DNA of 60,454 nt, filler included, from Sluysia triapertura (lineage: Eukaryota), in the NCBI GenBank assembly GCA_046118255.1. It is 5 parts of 5 records of this genome, joined end to end, with 100 filler letters (N's around TTAATTAATTAA, not from the genome) between each part and the next. Parts side by side here need not be neighbours in the genome. Positions count along the whole stretch, not along the records: positions 1 to 12,122 come from JBJNIA010137507.1; positions 12,223 to 24,763 come from JBJNIA010100102.1; 3 more parts are not named here. One strand, given 5' to 3'. This document shows positions 1 through 12,772 of the stretch, piece after piece; the first letter of the stretch is position 1; each line of letters opens with the position of its first letter. Both the position numbers and the translations under genes were made by a program. The notes under the pieces are model-generated. The model was not told the DNA's origin. It did not search any database and saw only the letters and a program-made list of their open reading frames with translations.

Positions 1-83
1 TTCAGGAGGAGAAACATGAGGTTCCTTCACGAAACCCATGGGCTCGAAGGGTTCCTAGAAGTATAAAAGGTTGAAGAACCCTG
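1..83. mobile_element. Right end of a hAT (Charlie-like) DNA transposon or MITE, truncated by the window start
   Basis: Ends AAAGGTTGAAGAACCCTG, the reverse complement of a CAGGGTTCTTCAACC hAT-type TIR. Similar termini occur at 28108 and 35360. Confidence 0.5.
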
Positions 84-1866
84 GCTTAAGCAAATGAATA
101 TAAAATTAATAAACTAAAAATAAATATAAAAATTAAAAATAAATTAGTTTATTCGAAGTAAGTACAAAAATGACAAAACTATTATTACAATTTATTGATA
201 ATAACATAGAAAGTAACGGAAATTACCAAATATTACGTTACATATTATTAAATAAGGTAACCAAACTTTTTGAAATTTAGTTATATTATTTGATGTTTTC
301 AAAAATAACGAAAATTTTTAATAAAAAGTCAGTCAATTAAATCATTTTAAGATAGAAATCAAATAAAAGTCAATGTTTTCAACCGTCAGGTGACGGTTGA
401 TCTAATTGGTGTTAAACATTTTACCATAAGTATGCCTAAATATATGTTAATCTTCAATATTATTCGAAAATCCAGTAGTTTTCGTTGCTTTGGTTTTTAA
501 CTTTTTAAATTTTTAATGATCCGGCTACACATACGAGGTATAACGTGAAGTCGGCGCATCTGTAACTAAAAATTGACACTTTTAATAATTTAGCTATCTA
601 TTAATGTAGAAAATACTTTGTCTCCCCTTCGAGAGTCTGTATATGTACTAGTTAGCAGCCAATGACACTCTTTTCGAATTCAAGAATTTTCTAGAAAATT
701 GTGTTCCTTTTTCAGAAAATGCTATTTCCTTTTTTCGAAATTTTATAATTTTAAGGGTTGTAATTACAATTTTAACAAATCAATATGATTTTCACGTGAG
801 AGTATAAAACACGATCCGAAATGAACATTCTTTACCCTTTGATCTCAATGTTTTCAACTCTAAAAGGATATCTGTTCGCATCAATGATGGTGGTCATTTA
901 TTGCTTCACGGAATATATGTTTCTGACTTCCTTCTTGAATGAAATGGTAAATTTTTCCTTCATGAAGAATTTTTTACTGCCGCATTACTTCAGTAAAACA
1001 AATGCCTTATGTATTAATATATCGATAATTAATAAAATTTAGCAAAACAATTGTAATAAAATAGCATTTGTTATGAAATAATGAAAACAAATCTAAGAGT
1101 AGTCATAGTTAACCTATTTGGATATTCGGTCATTTTTATTATAACTGAAAGTAATTTAAATTTAATTATCAATTTGTTAGATAAAGTCCATACTTGTTTT
1201 TATTATAAAATATATAAACAGAGGTCAGAACTATTCTCCACCATAAAAAATACCGACTTAAAGATCATGAAAATTATCCATTGTTTGTTAAAGTTAAACA
1301 TTCGGATAATAGTAGTATATTTCAAGTCTAATAATGTTGTACCATCAAGTGAAACAGTTACAATAATCAAAATAAAAGAAATAAATGGTAAAAGATTTAA
1401 ATTTATTACCGTTTGATTAATTTAACTTAATAAAACAAATTACTTTTTACTGCACATTGATTTGACTTTTGACTTTTTAAATATTAGAAATTTATAATTA
1501 TTTTTCTTTATTTCACTTTTTTTATAGCAATTATTCGCAACATTAAAATTTGTTTTAAAATTTTTACTAAAAAAATTTTAGTAAAACAATTTAAATTTAA
1601 CTTTAAAACCATTAATAAAGTAGGCTTAAGGCCTTTCGTAAATAATTTGGTGTTATGTAATGTTCTGTATTAATTAAAAATTTTAATTTTATTATATTAC
1701 TGTGAAAATATGCTTTAAGAATTGTAATAACAAAAATTCTTTAACGTTTTTATTATTATTTATTAGAAATTTGGTAATATTATAAAACACGAATATATTT
1801 AGTTTTAATGTTCTTATTTTGATTATGTCATCCCGAACTTGTTTTGGATTCACTTCGCAGAAGATT

Positions 1867-2951
1867 CTAAGGAAAATGAAATAATGTAATTAGGTTAATA
1901 AAATTAATAATCAAGTTAAAATTAACAATTACTTTTAAGTCATGATGATTGTTACTCTCGAATGGCCTCGTGTTCACTGATGATATCATTTGCTTTATAC
2001 TATTGATATGATCCACTAAGTTCAAAGTCCAAAAGATGTCATCTGAGAATTCTGTTCCATTGTGTACATACCGACAGTTGTTACCATACATTACACATTC
2101 TCCATTTCGAGTAGTTGCATACAAGCACAAGCCGGACTTCACGAATCGTGATTTATCTTCTAAGTCTGATCGGATTAATGGCATCATCTTAGCATCAAAT
2201 TGAATACTATGCTCTCTTAGAGAATATTCTTGCTTAATCCCTGGTGTTCCTAATAGTTTCAGTGGTTCGTATCGACACATTTGTAATTGACTATGTTGAA
2301 TTCTTTTTTTACTTTTTAACATAATGAAGTCAACTTGTAGAAATTTTAATGTCATATTCATATTATTTTTATTAAACAAATAACGCATAAATAAGTTGTT
2401 GTTACTGAACTTTAAACGTTTGTAACTAATTTCTAACTCTTTTTCATTATAAATAATTAGGTTTAAAAGTGTGGCTCTTAGAGCATCATTTTTCTATGTA
2501 AAACTCACAAAATCGTTTTTTCTTAGTTTAAAATACAAAGATAATTAAAGAGTTAATAGTTAAATCTCTTCTCTCAGCATTTATTTTCCAATCTTTTGTA
2601 AAAGAACTTGTGCTTTATCGACATCAGTTGTAGCATAACATCGTAGAATAGTTGTTCCAAAATTTTCTTTACCTTTAATTACCAATTGATTATCTAAGTA
2701 TTTTCCCACTAGTTGCCATATCTGAGCTTTGTTGTTATACGCAGAGCATAATTAAACTCTTTTGCAATTAATTTAGTCAATAACTCTAATCCATCATTTA
2801 AATTTTCGTCTTCGGACAACTTCGCAGCTTCAATTTACTCATATTTACATTGTTCTTTAGCAATAATTCTATTTGAATTTGTTTCATCATCATTAGGATT
2901 TAAAGTATTGAATATTCTATTTAATATATCAGTATCATGAGCAGACAGCAT
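1867..2951 (-). pseudogene. Decayed intronless gene (~360 codons) of unknown family with a C-terminal CCCH-like zinc finger
   Basis: ATG at 2951 (MLSAHDTDILNRIF). One frameshift near 2740, then a single frame through several TAA/TAG stops into ORF 1867-2388, which contains KSGLC-x9-C-x6-C-x3-H. Confidence 0.55.
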
Positions 2952-3354
2952 ATTTCAAAAATTAATATAAAGGATAAGTGTATTATAATAAACAACTGAA
3001 TGATATAATTTTTATAATTGATAAATTGCCAAGAGCTTAAATCCTTTGTGCACTGTATATCAATGAGAATCTCTTTTTAAAGTGCTACTATCTATTAGAT
3101 ATAATTTGTGAACTAAAAATAAACTACTAATTATATTTTTCTTCCAATGGCTGCCTAATCAAAATACAAAAAGCAAACAATACGAATAATCTTAATTGGG
3201 CAGCCAGTAAAATATTCAACGACAATTTACCTGGACGATTATATATGTAATGAACTGTCATACGTCCACTGTTAGTAAAAGAACATCAAATGATTTAAAA
3301 TGCCTGTCGACTGATGGCACTTTAACAAGCAAATAGATTTTTGTATGTTGTAAA

Positions 3355-3424
3355 AACAGCCACTATCAGTGGTGACAGTAAATTGTAATTATGAATTAAT
3401 GATGTCACCACGGTAGTGGTAGTT
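3355..3424. repeat. ~23-bp-stem hairpin, homologous to 58391-58462, inside a longer dispersed repeat (~3140-4160)
   Basis: Arms AACAGCCACTATCAGTGGTGACA and TGTCACCACGGTAGTGGTAGTT; the loop contains ATTGTAATT; flanks align with 58.3-59.3 kb. Confidence 0.7.
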
Positions 3425-6400
3425 ACAAAGTTAATCGATAAAAATGATTAAGTGCATAAAATAAAAATAAAAACATATATAAATAATAATAATGTCATTA
3501 TTATTATTGAAAATTTAATTCGCATAAATCCTTTAAATATGATAATAACACAAGATCTTTCTAATATGTCTTCGTTATTCTCGGCATATTTGAATTGTCT
3601 TTATTTCCTGAAATACTAGTTCTTAACATATTTTGAAATAAAGTGCCTTAGCTTAACGTCTTAAGTGGTTAAATGTTAGAATTTTGTAAACCTATTATGT
3701 TATAATTACTGTGAAGCATTTTTGATAACAATAGGTGTAATTTTGATTTTGATGCTACATGTTAAAGAATGACGAAATGTTTTAACTGGGTTTTATTGAA
3801 TTTGAATGTTATAAGATGATAGATAATATGTTTTAAGTGAATTTTTAAATGCGATTTAATGGTTTTAACTGATCAAAAGGTGGAATATAAGATGTTACGA
3901 GATGTACTTTTTATTGTTATAGAGTATGAAATAGGGATGTTTTGAGGAGGTTAGGATAACGTTTTAGTGAAAATAAAGGAAATGAAATGTAGAAAGGTTT
4001 TAATATAAGATTAGTTAAAATGTTATGGAGTGTAAATCTGATATTATGAAATTTTATGTTTCGAAGTATTGAGAATTATAAAATATTTTGGATAGTGATT
4101 TCATTGTGTGTTATAGAAATAAATTTTCAGATTACTGAGTTTGTCACCACAAGGAATTTTTATATTCAGATGTTGCATTAAAAATCCATTTATTCATTAA
4201 ATAAACAGCTATATATGTCAGCAATATTTGCAATCTTCTATCGCAAGAATGCAGGATATTTATCTATATTTTTTGGATCTACCTGTCCTCGCGAATGAGC
4301 CTCAATTAATAAAATTAAAACAAAACATTGATCTCATGCTTGCGAATTGTCATAAGTGCTTATGAGCCAAAATGTGAAGAATCATGCAGTATCAAGTATC
4401 AGGTACACATAACAAGAATTTTTAATTTGAATTATGTATTACGTCAATTTAAATTTTTGTATTATGTGCAAGTGTATAAACCTACATTTTACTAATTTAG
4501 TTTGTTTTTAAATAAACAGTTTGCTGGTCCAACTTATTGCACTAAATTTTATTATAACTTAGAACAAAATTGTCTTTTTATAACACAGTAATAAGGTTAT
4601 CAATATAAATCACAAAACCTTTAAACAATCTAACGTCTAATTTCCTAAAAAGTATTAATATGAATTTTACGCTAGCAAAAAATTTTATCATAAAATCAAC
4701 ATTTGAAAAATTGTCTACCACAGCGTATATATATGTTACTATTTTCTTAAATGTTTGTGATGGTATTTTTGTTTATTATGTTTGCTGATGAATTCTTTAC
4801 ATCATTTGGAAACTTGTTCTCATATATCTCTAAATGACTTAGTATAAATTTATCTTGGATTAAAAATATTTTTGTTTTTTATAAATTTCAATTTAGTTTA
4901 CGTTCAGTTGAATTTTGGTTTTGATTTTATGCATTTATATGCCTTTTAATTCTTTTTTACTCGAATTACTTTAAACTTATTCTTTATAATTCTTCTGAGA
5001 TCGTATTGTAACTTATTTTGGAGGTTTAGATCAATACTCGTCTCTGTTATTAGAAATGGAAGTGCCAATTAAATATTATAATTTCTTACTTTTAATTTCC
5101 CTTCCAGAAGATTAACAAAACTCTAAGATGTTTTAGAAATTCTATTACCAAAATTGTACAAAGTCAATACAACTGTAAAATTATTAACAATTAAATTAGT
5201 AAAAGGGTGACTTAAACACAAATTAATTTATTATATTTTATTTGTTGAATTTTATATCAGCTCTGAATTGATAAATTATAATAAATGTTAAAATATAATG
5301 ACACCTCACTAATTCCGATATCGAATTGAAAAACACGTTCGACGAATTTATAATGTTTAGAGTACACCAGATACAAATTAGTAATTAGTCTGCTTTTCGT
5401 ATGATTAAATTAAAATGTCCACTTCACTTAGAGAATTATCTTCTTCTGAATATAAGATTCTTTTGAAATTAATAACTCTTCGCAAATATTAACTTCTCCT
5501 TTAGAATTCACAATTAAAAATTATCAGCATCGATTTTTTTTGTTAATCTGATCGTTGTACAAAAAAACAGAAAAGAAATTTTAAAATTCATTACATAATA
5601 TTTTATGATTGTAAAATATTTGATGGTATCCCTTTTTGGAATGATATGTACCCTGACTGTACTTAAATGTTTGAATTGGTTACGAATCCGAAATGCGTTT
5701 AAATATAACTTCATGAATTAATTTACTTTTATTCATATCATATTGTTGCGTCTTTGTACTTAATAATAATAGAAAATTAATATCGGTTAATCTATTTAAC
5801 AAAACCTCAATAATTAATCACTAAATCCAATATAAAATTATCACAAATTTCCTTATTTATTCAACCGAATGATTAAATTTTTAAAATAAAATACACAACA
5901 ATTCAATAATTTAATGATTACAAAAAATACAAATTACTGATATGTCTTTACTAAACAACAACAAAGTGACTAAAACTACAGGATTAACAATAACTTTTAT
6001 AATAATATCAAGGATATGGCAGTCTATATGAAGAACCCAGACTTGATGCAACACACACTAAAAATATCAATATCCAGAAAGTTTAATAATGCTTAAATAT
6101 TTTAATAATAATTTAGTAATATTTTAGTAATAATATTTTAGTAATAATATTTTAGTAATAATGCTTAAATATTTTAAAAATAAATTTGACAGGGTCTTTC
6201 CCACAAAGTTGACTCTAAATTGCTAAAATTAAAATAATTCATTCAAAATGAAATGAAATATGCTGGGTGTCCCTCACCAGACTAATCTTGAAAAAACTTT
6301 TTATTTTATTTTATTTAAAATAATAAAAAGTATTATAATATGCATGGATCTTCTCCTGTTCGATGCCTGTGCATTAGTGTGATTGTGTACTTGTGTTGTA

Positions 6401-9169
6401 AAATTTTAAAATTTCTTATTTTTATACTCATAATCCAATCAATCCCCATTCTCACAATCAAACACTCTCACACAAATCATCAAAATCTCTTTGAGAATTA
6501 GACCGACAGTAATAACTTTGACAATTACATGGTACAGTCTGTCAAACTTCATTATATACAAAACGCAAAAATTTGATTTATTATCAACTATCATTTTCTT
6601 TTACTCTACTCAATCTGTTTTTACTTAAATCACTTCTCACATTAAATTAACAATCAGCAATACTATTAACATACATAAAAATAATGAATTTAATTTCAGT
6701 TTTTAGGATTTAATTGATTTTCGATTTTTCACACCCAATTTTCTAATGAAAATAAGGTCCTTATTCTCAAACAAACTAATCTAAAAATATTTCGAACTCA
6801 CTTATAGATTTTCCTCCTTCATAGCAATCATCTCATATTCCATTCATTATATTAGTATCACTCTAAATCTAAAAAGTTCCACATTCCATAATTAAAAATT
6901 AATTAAAATTTGACTTTGCTCAATTTGACTTTCCTTATATGAAGTCGGTCAAACCATACCTTCTTCGTTAGGTCTTTTCAAAACAAATTCATACACAGTT
7001 TCAAATTCAACATAGCATTCTGCATTCAAAAATTATTCAGAAGAACGTACGTTTTCTTAATTGAGTTAATTAAAATATTTAATTAATTAATCTATTTTTT
7101 AACTGAATCTTATTCTATGTTTCTAAGGTTATTTAATAATTTATAAGGCATTCTGGAGGCTCTAGATGTTTTCCCCTTCACCTCTCTGATTCCTTCATGT
7201 TAATTATTCTTAATGCTAATAATAACGATTTTATTTCTCAACTATTTTAAAGATTTTAAATATTCTATAAGGTTACTCGAAGAACCCAGATGCTTATCAA
7301 GGTGTCAATAATACTTAAAGGTTAATAAAGCCTCAGATGATCTCAAGGTCCACAAGCTCAAAAGTATTCTAATACCTTCAAAGATTTTACAAGTCCATTT
7401 CCAGATTCAACAACTTATGCAGGTCTTTGAAACTCTAAGGTATTCTTCAGCCGCTAACTTTATTATCATTGTTTTTATTTTCATTATTCTTTCTAAAACA
7501 ATATTTATAATGTTCAATCTATCACTTCGTATCAACTCTTCCTTCAATTTATGGTTCCATGTGCCTCTTACTCAACTCCTGATTCGCAGTTGGGCAATCC
7601 AACAATATGCTTTTATTTATACTTTATATTATATTTATATTATATTTATAATTACAAAATATTTAACAACATAATTTAACTTAACTATTAGAAATTCATG
7701 AAACGATGAGACATTTTGTGTGGGTAGAATATGATAATATAAATGCTGTGGTTATAAGGTGTCGACGTTATTGTAGATAGGTCATGTTGTAAACATAATC
7801 TTATAAATCATAAGAGTGATTTTAACAAGCATAATTTTAAAAATAATTTTGCCGAAAACAATTACGTTTATAAAAATTAAATTTAACGTTACATTTATCA
7901 GGTTCGGAATCCTGATCATTGATAAATTGAACAAGTCGTTTATTATTTTAATGAAACAAAAATTAAGACGGAAATTAATGTTCAAATTTGATAAATAAAA
8001 TTGGTCTTCGTAAAACCGACTCTGAAAAATAAGCATATCTTGTCAACATACACAATCACTAAATCGAATTCCAACTTCCTAGCAATTATCCAAAATGTAA
8101 AAAGAACCACATTTTTCTATCAATCGCATAGAAAATTATGAGTTAATACTTTTGCTGAAAGAAGACTGATTCAATAAAGTAGCAACAAAAACTGGTTGAA
8201 TCATACAAATCTTTAGAAATCGGTCTAAATTTTATCTTTAAGCCAACTTATTTGTTGTCAGTTGTTTCTTGAATTTATAATTTATTTAATGTATTTTTAA
8301 TGTATTGTTGGATCATATACAATAACAAGTTGTCTACGAATATATAACATAAGTGCGTAATTAAATCTAATTGAAACTGAGAGGAAATATAACTCGTTCG
8401 TGTCGATAGTTTCATCACAGAACTTATTATTTAGTGTTTTGAGTTAAATGTGTTTCACTAATAAATTTCGGTTGAGATTTCTTTCAATTTGAAATCTGAA
8501 TACATTATAGTCAAATTCATTACTCTTTAACATTATTCTTTTATGTGCAATTTTAAAATTGATCAACTTCGAGTTTTGAAAATTTTTCGTTGCTGGGGTG
8601 AAAATTACACAAACAAATATGATAAAAATATGAATATATAAGTTGTGAATGTCTTTTCCTTGGAGACTAGTTTTTCAAATTAGTTAAACGTTTACGAATA
8701 ATGGATTGATTAGAAATAACTTGAATATTTTGAAAAATCAAACACGATTTAAGATTATTTCTAAGTTTCCATTACGTTTAAATGTTATATTAATGATCTT
8801 TGGAAAAGGCTTATACTGATACATGTAAACATTCCTTTTCTTTTTCGTTTTAATTATAGATTTAACAAGAATTCACCGAACGGAAAACTAATATCTGGCG
8901 TTTCATTTGATCAAAAATAACGTATAAATCATGTACTTCTTTGGTACATGAAAAGGGTAATAATAGGTATAATTACAGCCGAATTAAATTCTTGATTTGG
9001 CTAATTTAGTCACAAAGTTAAAAATAACTTTCCATTTCTTTTCACTAATAAATCATATATCTATTTCGAATATTTCGATAAATGTCTTTGTCTTTGTTAA
9101 CAGCACTTTGATTGTCAGTACGCCGTTTCTGAGTCATTTAATCCTTTTCCTTTATGAAAGAATTGTCAA

Positions 9170-10250
9170 TGTAAAGGTGTAAAGATTTTATGTTTTGTTA
9201 TGATTTTATTTTATAAATATTATTATTATTATACTTAAAATAAAAATATAAATTAAAAATAAAATATAAATTAAAAGATTAAATATAAATCAATTTTGTT
9301 TAAAGTAAGATTTTGTTTAAATTAACTAATTAATTTTAGGAAATAAGAAATATTTTAAATATTGTAATAATTAATTTTAGGAAAAGAAATATTTAATTTT
9401 AGAAAACAAAGAAAATTATTTAGAAAAATTATTTTAGAAAATAGAAAATATTTTAATAAAGAAAAGAAATTATTTTAATAAAGAAAATTTTAAACAAAGG
9501 AGATAAAAGTAAGTATAAATAGGGTAACATTAAACAATTTAGAGACAAGAAAAATTTGTTAGACACAAGAAAAATGTTTTTACAAATTCTTAATCGTCCA
9601 AGTTTGGTGCGAAAAATGAGTTCAAAATCAGTCAGAGTAATTTTTATTATAAGTTTTATATATTCACCATCAGTGGGAATATTAAAATATCATTCAAACT
9701 CATTTTATTCTTTTGTACCAACACCTTAATATAGGGTTGGGAACCTTTTAACTAAATTAATATTAATAACTGACCAGGTGTCGAGTTGTTTTAAAGTGCT
9801 ATTATTATTATTATAATTTTGTTAACCGACGATTGTCATAAGTTTTTTTGTTGTATTAGTTTGAATAAAGTATTGTTTACCGACTTCATTGGTAATTACG
9901 AAGAACGGTGCAACATAATGTATTAAAATCTCATTTATGTAACAACACCTTAATTAAACGGTTGTGAAAAATACGTAAAATATTCTTTTCGATACATCTC
10001 AGTAAGAGAGTTGTGTAATTTACTTTTTAGAAACAACACCTTAGTCTAGGTTTGTGCAATTTGATAAAATTACCAAACTTAAAAAAGTCAGATCGAACTT
10101 ATCTAGTTGCATCAGTCAGAAGCTTAATATAAATTTTTGAGCATAAAAACCTAATAGTACGTCTCCAGAATTGGTATAAGGCGTATATATTTGGTGGACC
10201 AATCCCTGAGGTAATTTGTTGTTAAGTATAAGATAATTCGTATAAAAACA
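9170..10250 (+). mobile_element. LTR-like element, diverged inverted homolog of 41930-43207
   Basis: Starts TGTAAAGG, has TATAAATAGG at ~9514 and an array of CAACACCTTAA..GGTTG hairpins. The block TACGTCTCCA..TTGGTATAA..CGTATATA is shared with the reverse complement of ~41970-42010. The right boundary is approximate. Confidence 0.5.
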
Positions 10251-10289
10251 CCAGCATCAACATCAGATTAGAATATAATTACTGCAAAT

Positions 10290-11100
10290 AACATGAAATT
10301 AATAGAGTTTAATCGTTTTCACTAAGATAATCTGGATAATTAACTTTTAAATAGGTAACTTTTTCAAAAATTGGTACTTTGTCTGTTCTACAATGTTTAA
10401 ATTCAATTTGTTCATCGCAAGTTCACAACATATATTTTTAAATTCATCAATTAAACTACGTTCATACATACATTTTGTTTCTTCAACTGCTCCTCCTCTA
10501 CACTAATCTCTGCTATCAACGTTGATATAACTCAGTACAAGTTCTGTTATTTTAAAACTTTTAACTATTATATTAATTTAATGAAAATTCCTATATTGGA
10601 TAAATTCGTGTCCTAATACGCGAATTAATAATTACCACTTATTTGTAATTTGCCAGTATAGAATTTTATTGGCAGTTATTGAAATATGATCTGATGAAAG
10701 TTACTTTACATAATCATTAATAACTAAACGTTTTAAGTATCCCAATTTATTATCTTTTATTTTCTTTAATGTGCATTTAAGACCTACTTCTCTATTATCA
10801 TTTTCGATTTCGATAAATAATCCACTTCATAAAGCAATATCAAAAAGCGATAATTGAACGAAGACTGCGTATTTTATAGCTTTACGATCAGCAAATATTT
10901 TTGTTTTTATAGATGAATGCATATCTAAAAATGTTCCAATCAATTCCAAAACTGAAAAGCATTTTTATGTTTCTCTGAGTCTTTATTAATTTTAAATATC
11001 TATGATCATTAATCTCTTGAAACTTAAAATAAAAATAATTTTATTCAGCTGAACTTCTTTTGTTTTATTAGATTCCGAATTGCTAAACAATTTATCAGAA
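10290..11100 (-). pseudogene. Decayed paralog of the 1867-2951 gene
   Basis: Manual translation aligns (W)ELIGTFLDMH with WQLVGKYLDNQ, VQLSLF with L*LSLY, GLKCTL with ALRATL and GYLKRLVIN with ISYKRLKFS. Many stops and frameshifts; boundaries approximate. Confidence 0.5.
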
Positions 11101-12122
11101 GTATTTTATCAATAATCATTCGTACGATAAAATCTAAAATTTATAATTTTACAAATTATAAAATAGTTATATTTACTTTGATTAAAAATTAACTTCTTAT
11201 ATTGAAATGAAATGTGGATTGGCATCTACTGTAATCATTCACATTTCATAACTAAGTGCCTAGAAATAATTAATAACAAAATGATAGAGTCTTAATGGCG
11301 ATGATTGAACGATCATACAGAGTACATATCTTAAATATGTTAAATAACTTAAACGTCTTACACATTAAAAAATCACAGAAATATTAAAGTAGACAGATTA
11401 GAAGGAAAATTTAGTTGAAGTTGAGATTGTTCGTAGTAGATTCAATTGTTTCATTTTTGCATAAAGTTAAATTAACATTTAAAATAAAACAAGATTCTTT
11501 TAATGCGGGGATTTTGTGAGATGACGTTTTGTTTTAATTTTATTCGAGTATTCAAAGCCTAATGAATTTATATACCATAACAATTAAGATATTTATCAAA
11601 TTACGTTGAACAAGTTTAAATAAATTTTTTGTTAAGATGTTTTTGTTAAGAATGCTGAAGTTCTTGCTGTTGATAATAGTGATATTAATATTGGAAATTA
11701 TGCTGAAATTCATGATGAGATTGTTAAAAATATATTCGACATTGAATGTACTATGAGATATGAAATATGTACGACAAAAAGGATGAAAGAATAGAGACAT
11801 GTTTGCGATTGTAGATAAATTGTATTTGATAGTTTTGTTATTTTTTATTGTACATTGAAGAAAGATATTAATTTTCAGAATTGTATGACTGAAAAGGAAG
11901 TCACAAAGAATAATGTGACCTTGAGTGTATAAAAAGCATAGATGATATAGAATGAAAAATTGTAAAATTTGTGCAATGCTTTTAGACTGTAATTGATTTG
12001 TGCTTAATAATTTTGATATTTTTACAATAATTTTGTATTTCAATAAGAATAAAATTGTAGGCTGTGTAATGAACCACTATAGAGTCACAAAATAGTTTAA
12101 TAATTAATAATTGTTTACCATT

Positions 12123-12222
12123 NNNNNNNNNNNNNNNNNNNNNNNNNNNNNNNNNNNNNNNNNNNNTTAATTAATTAANNNNNNNNNNNNNNNNNNNNNN
12201 NNNNNNNNNNNNNNNNNNNNNN
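12123..12222. other. Artificial contig-joining spacer
   Basis: 44 N + TTAATTAATTAA (stop codons in all six frames) + 44 N. Confidence 0.98.
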
Positions 12223-12772
12223 TATATATATATAATGCAATTGATTTTAATAATGATTTTAACTCAGGCGAGTGCTTGCGTGAAATAATAATTAGTTTGA
12301 GTAGATTTTAATAAAAAGCCTTATAAAAATTAGCTTACGTAATCATGAAATTTTTTTCCAAAATGCGAAATATCCAAATTATGATCCGCTCGAGGAAAAT
12401 CCACTTGTCGATACGTTGTCCAAATAATCCCGCGAATTAAATGCTAATCTATTCACAAACGATTTTAGAACTTGAATAAAGATTTATAAACATTTTTGTG
12501 CGTCTCTTACGCTAGATTGTTACTTTTTATAGTTTTTGAACTGTTTAATATTTCCTCACGAATTATAATAAACAAAATGATTGATAAATAAATTAGTTAA
12601 TGTTTTTCAGTAAATAAAGATATTTTTTCCCATTAATGTTTTCTCTAATCGATAAGTATTATTTTTCGCATAAATTAATGTTTTTTTCTAAATATTATAT
12701 ATTTCTTTAAAACATATTTTTATTTTAAACAAATTAATATTTCTATTTACAATTTTATAACAATTTTTTACA

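Noticed and set aside
381-434. AACCGTCA..ACGGTT resembling the schistosome spliced-leader 5' end
   Set aside because: No ATG|GT exon end or Sm site; better explained as a palindrome.
1867-2951. Repeated in-frame TAA/TAG suggesting stop-to-Gln reassignment
   Set aside because: INTS8, MASK and XPF exons have no in-frame stops and use CAA freely. The affected ORFs also carry frameshifts, so this is C-to-T decay.
4270-4350. HDV-like ribozyme suggested by TCCTCGC
   Set aside because: P3 and P1 pairings cannot be formed; the region folds as a simple imperfect inverted repeat.
8040-8140. Possible BIR domain on the minus strand
   Set aside because: Only a vague G-FY..D..C pattern; the CxxC..H..C spacing is not recoverable.
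12167-12178. TTAATTAATTAA repeated at ~12 kb intervals as a biological motif
   Set aside because: Always centred in N44 runs; a synthetic linker.
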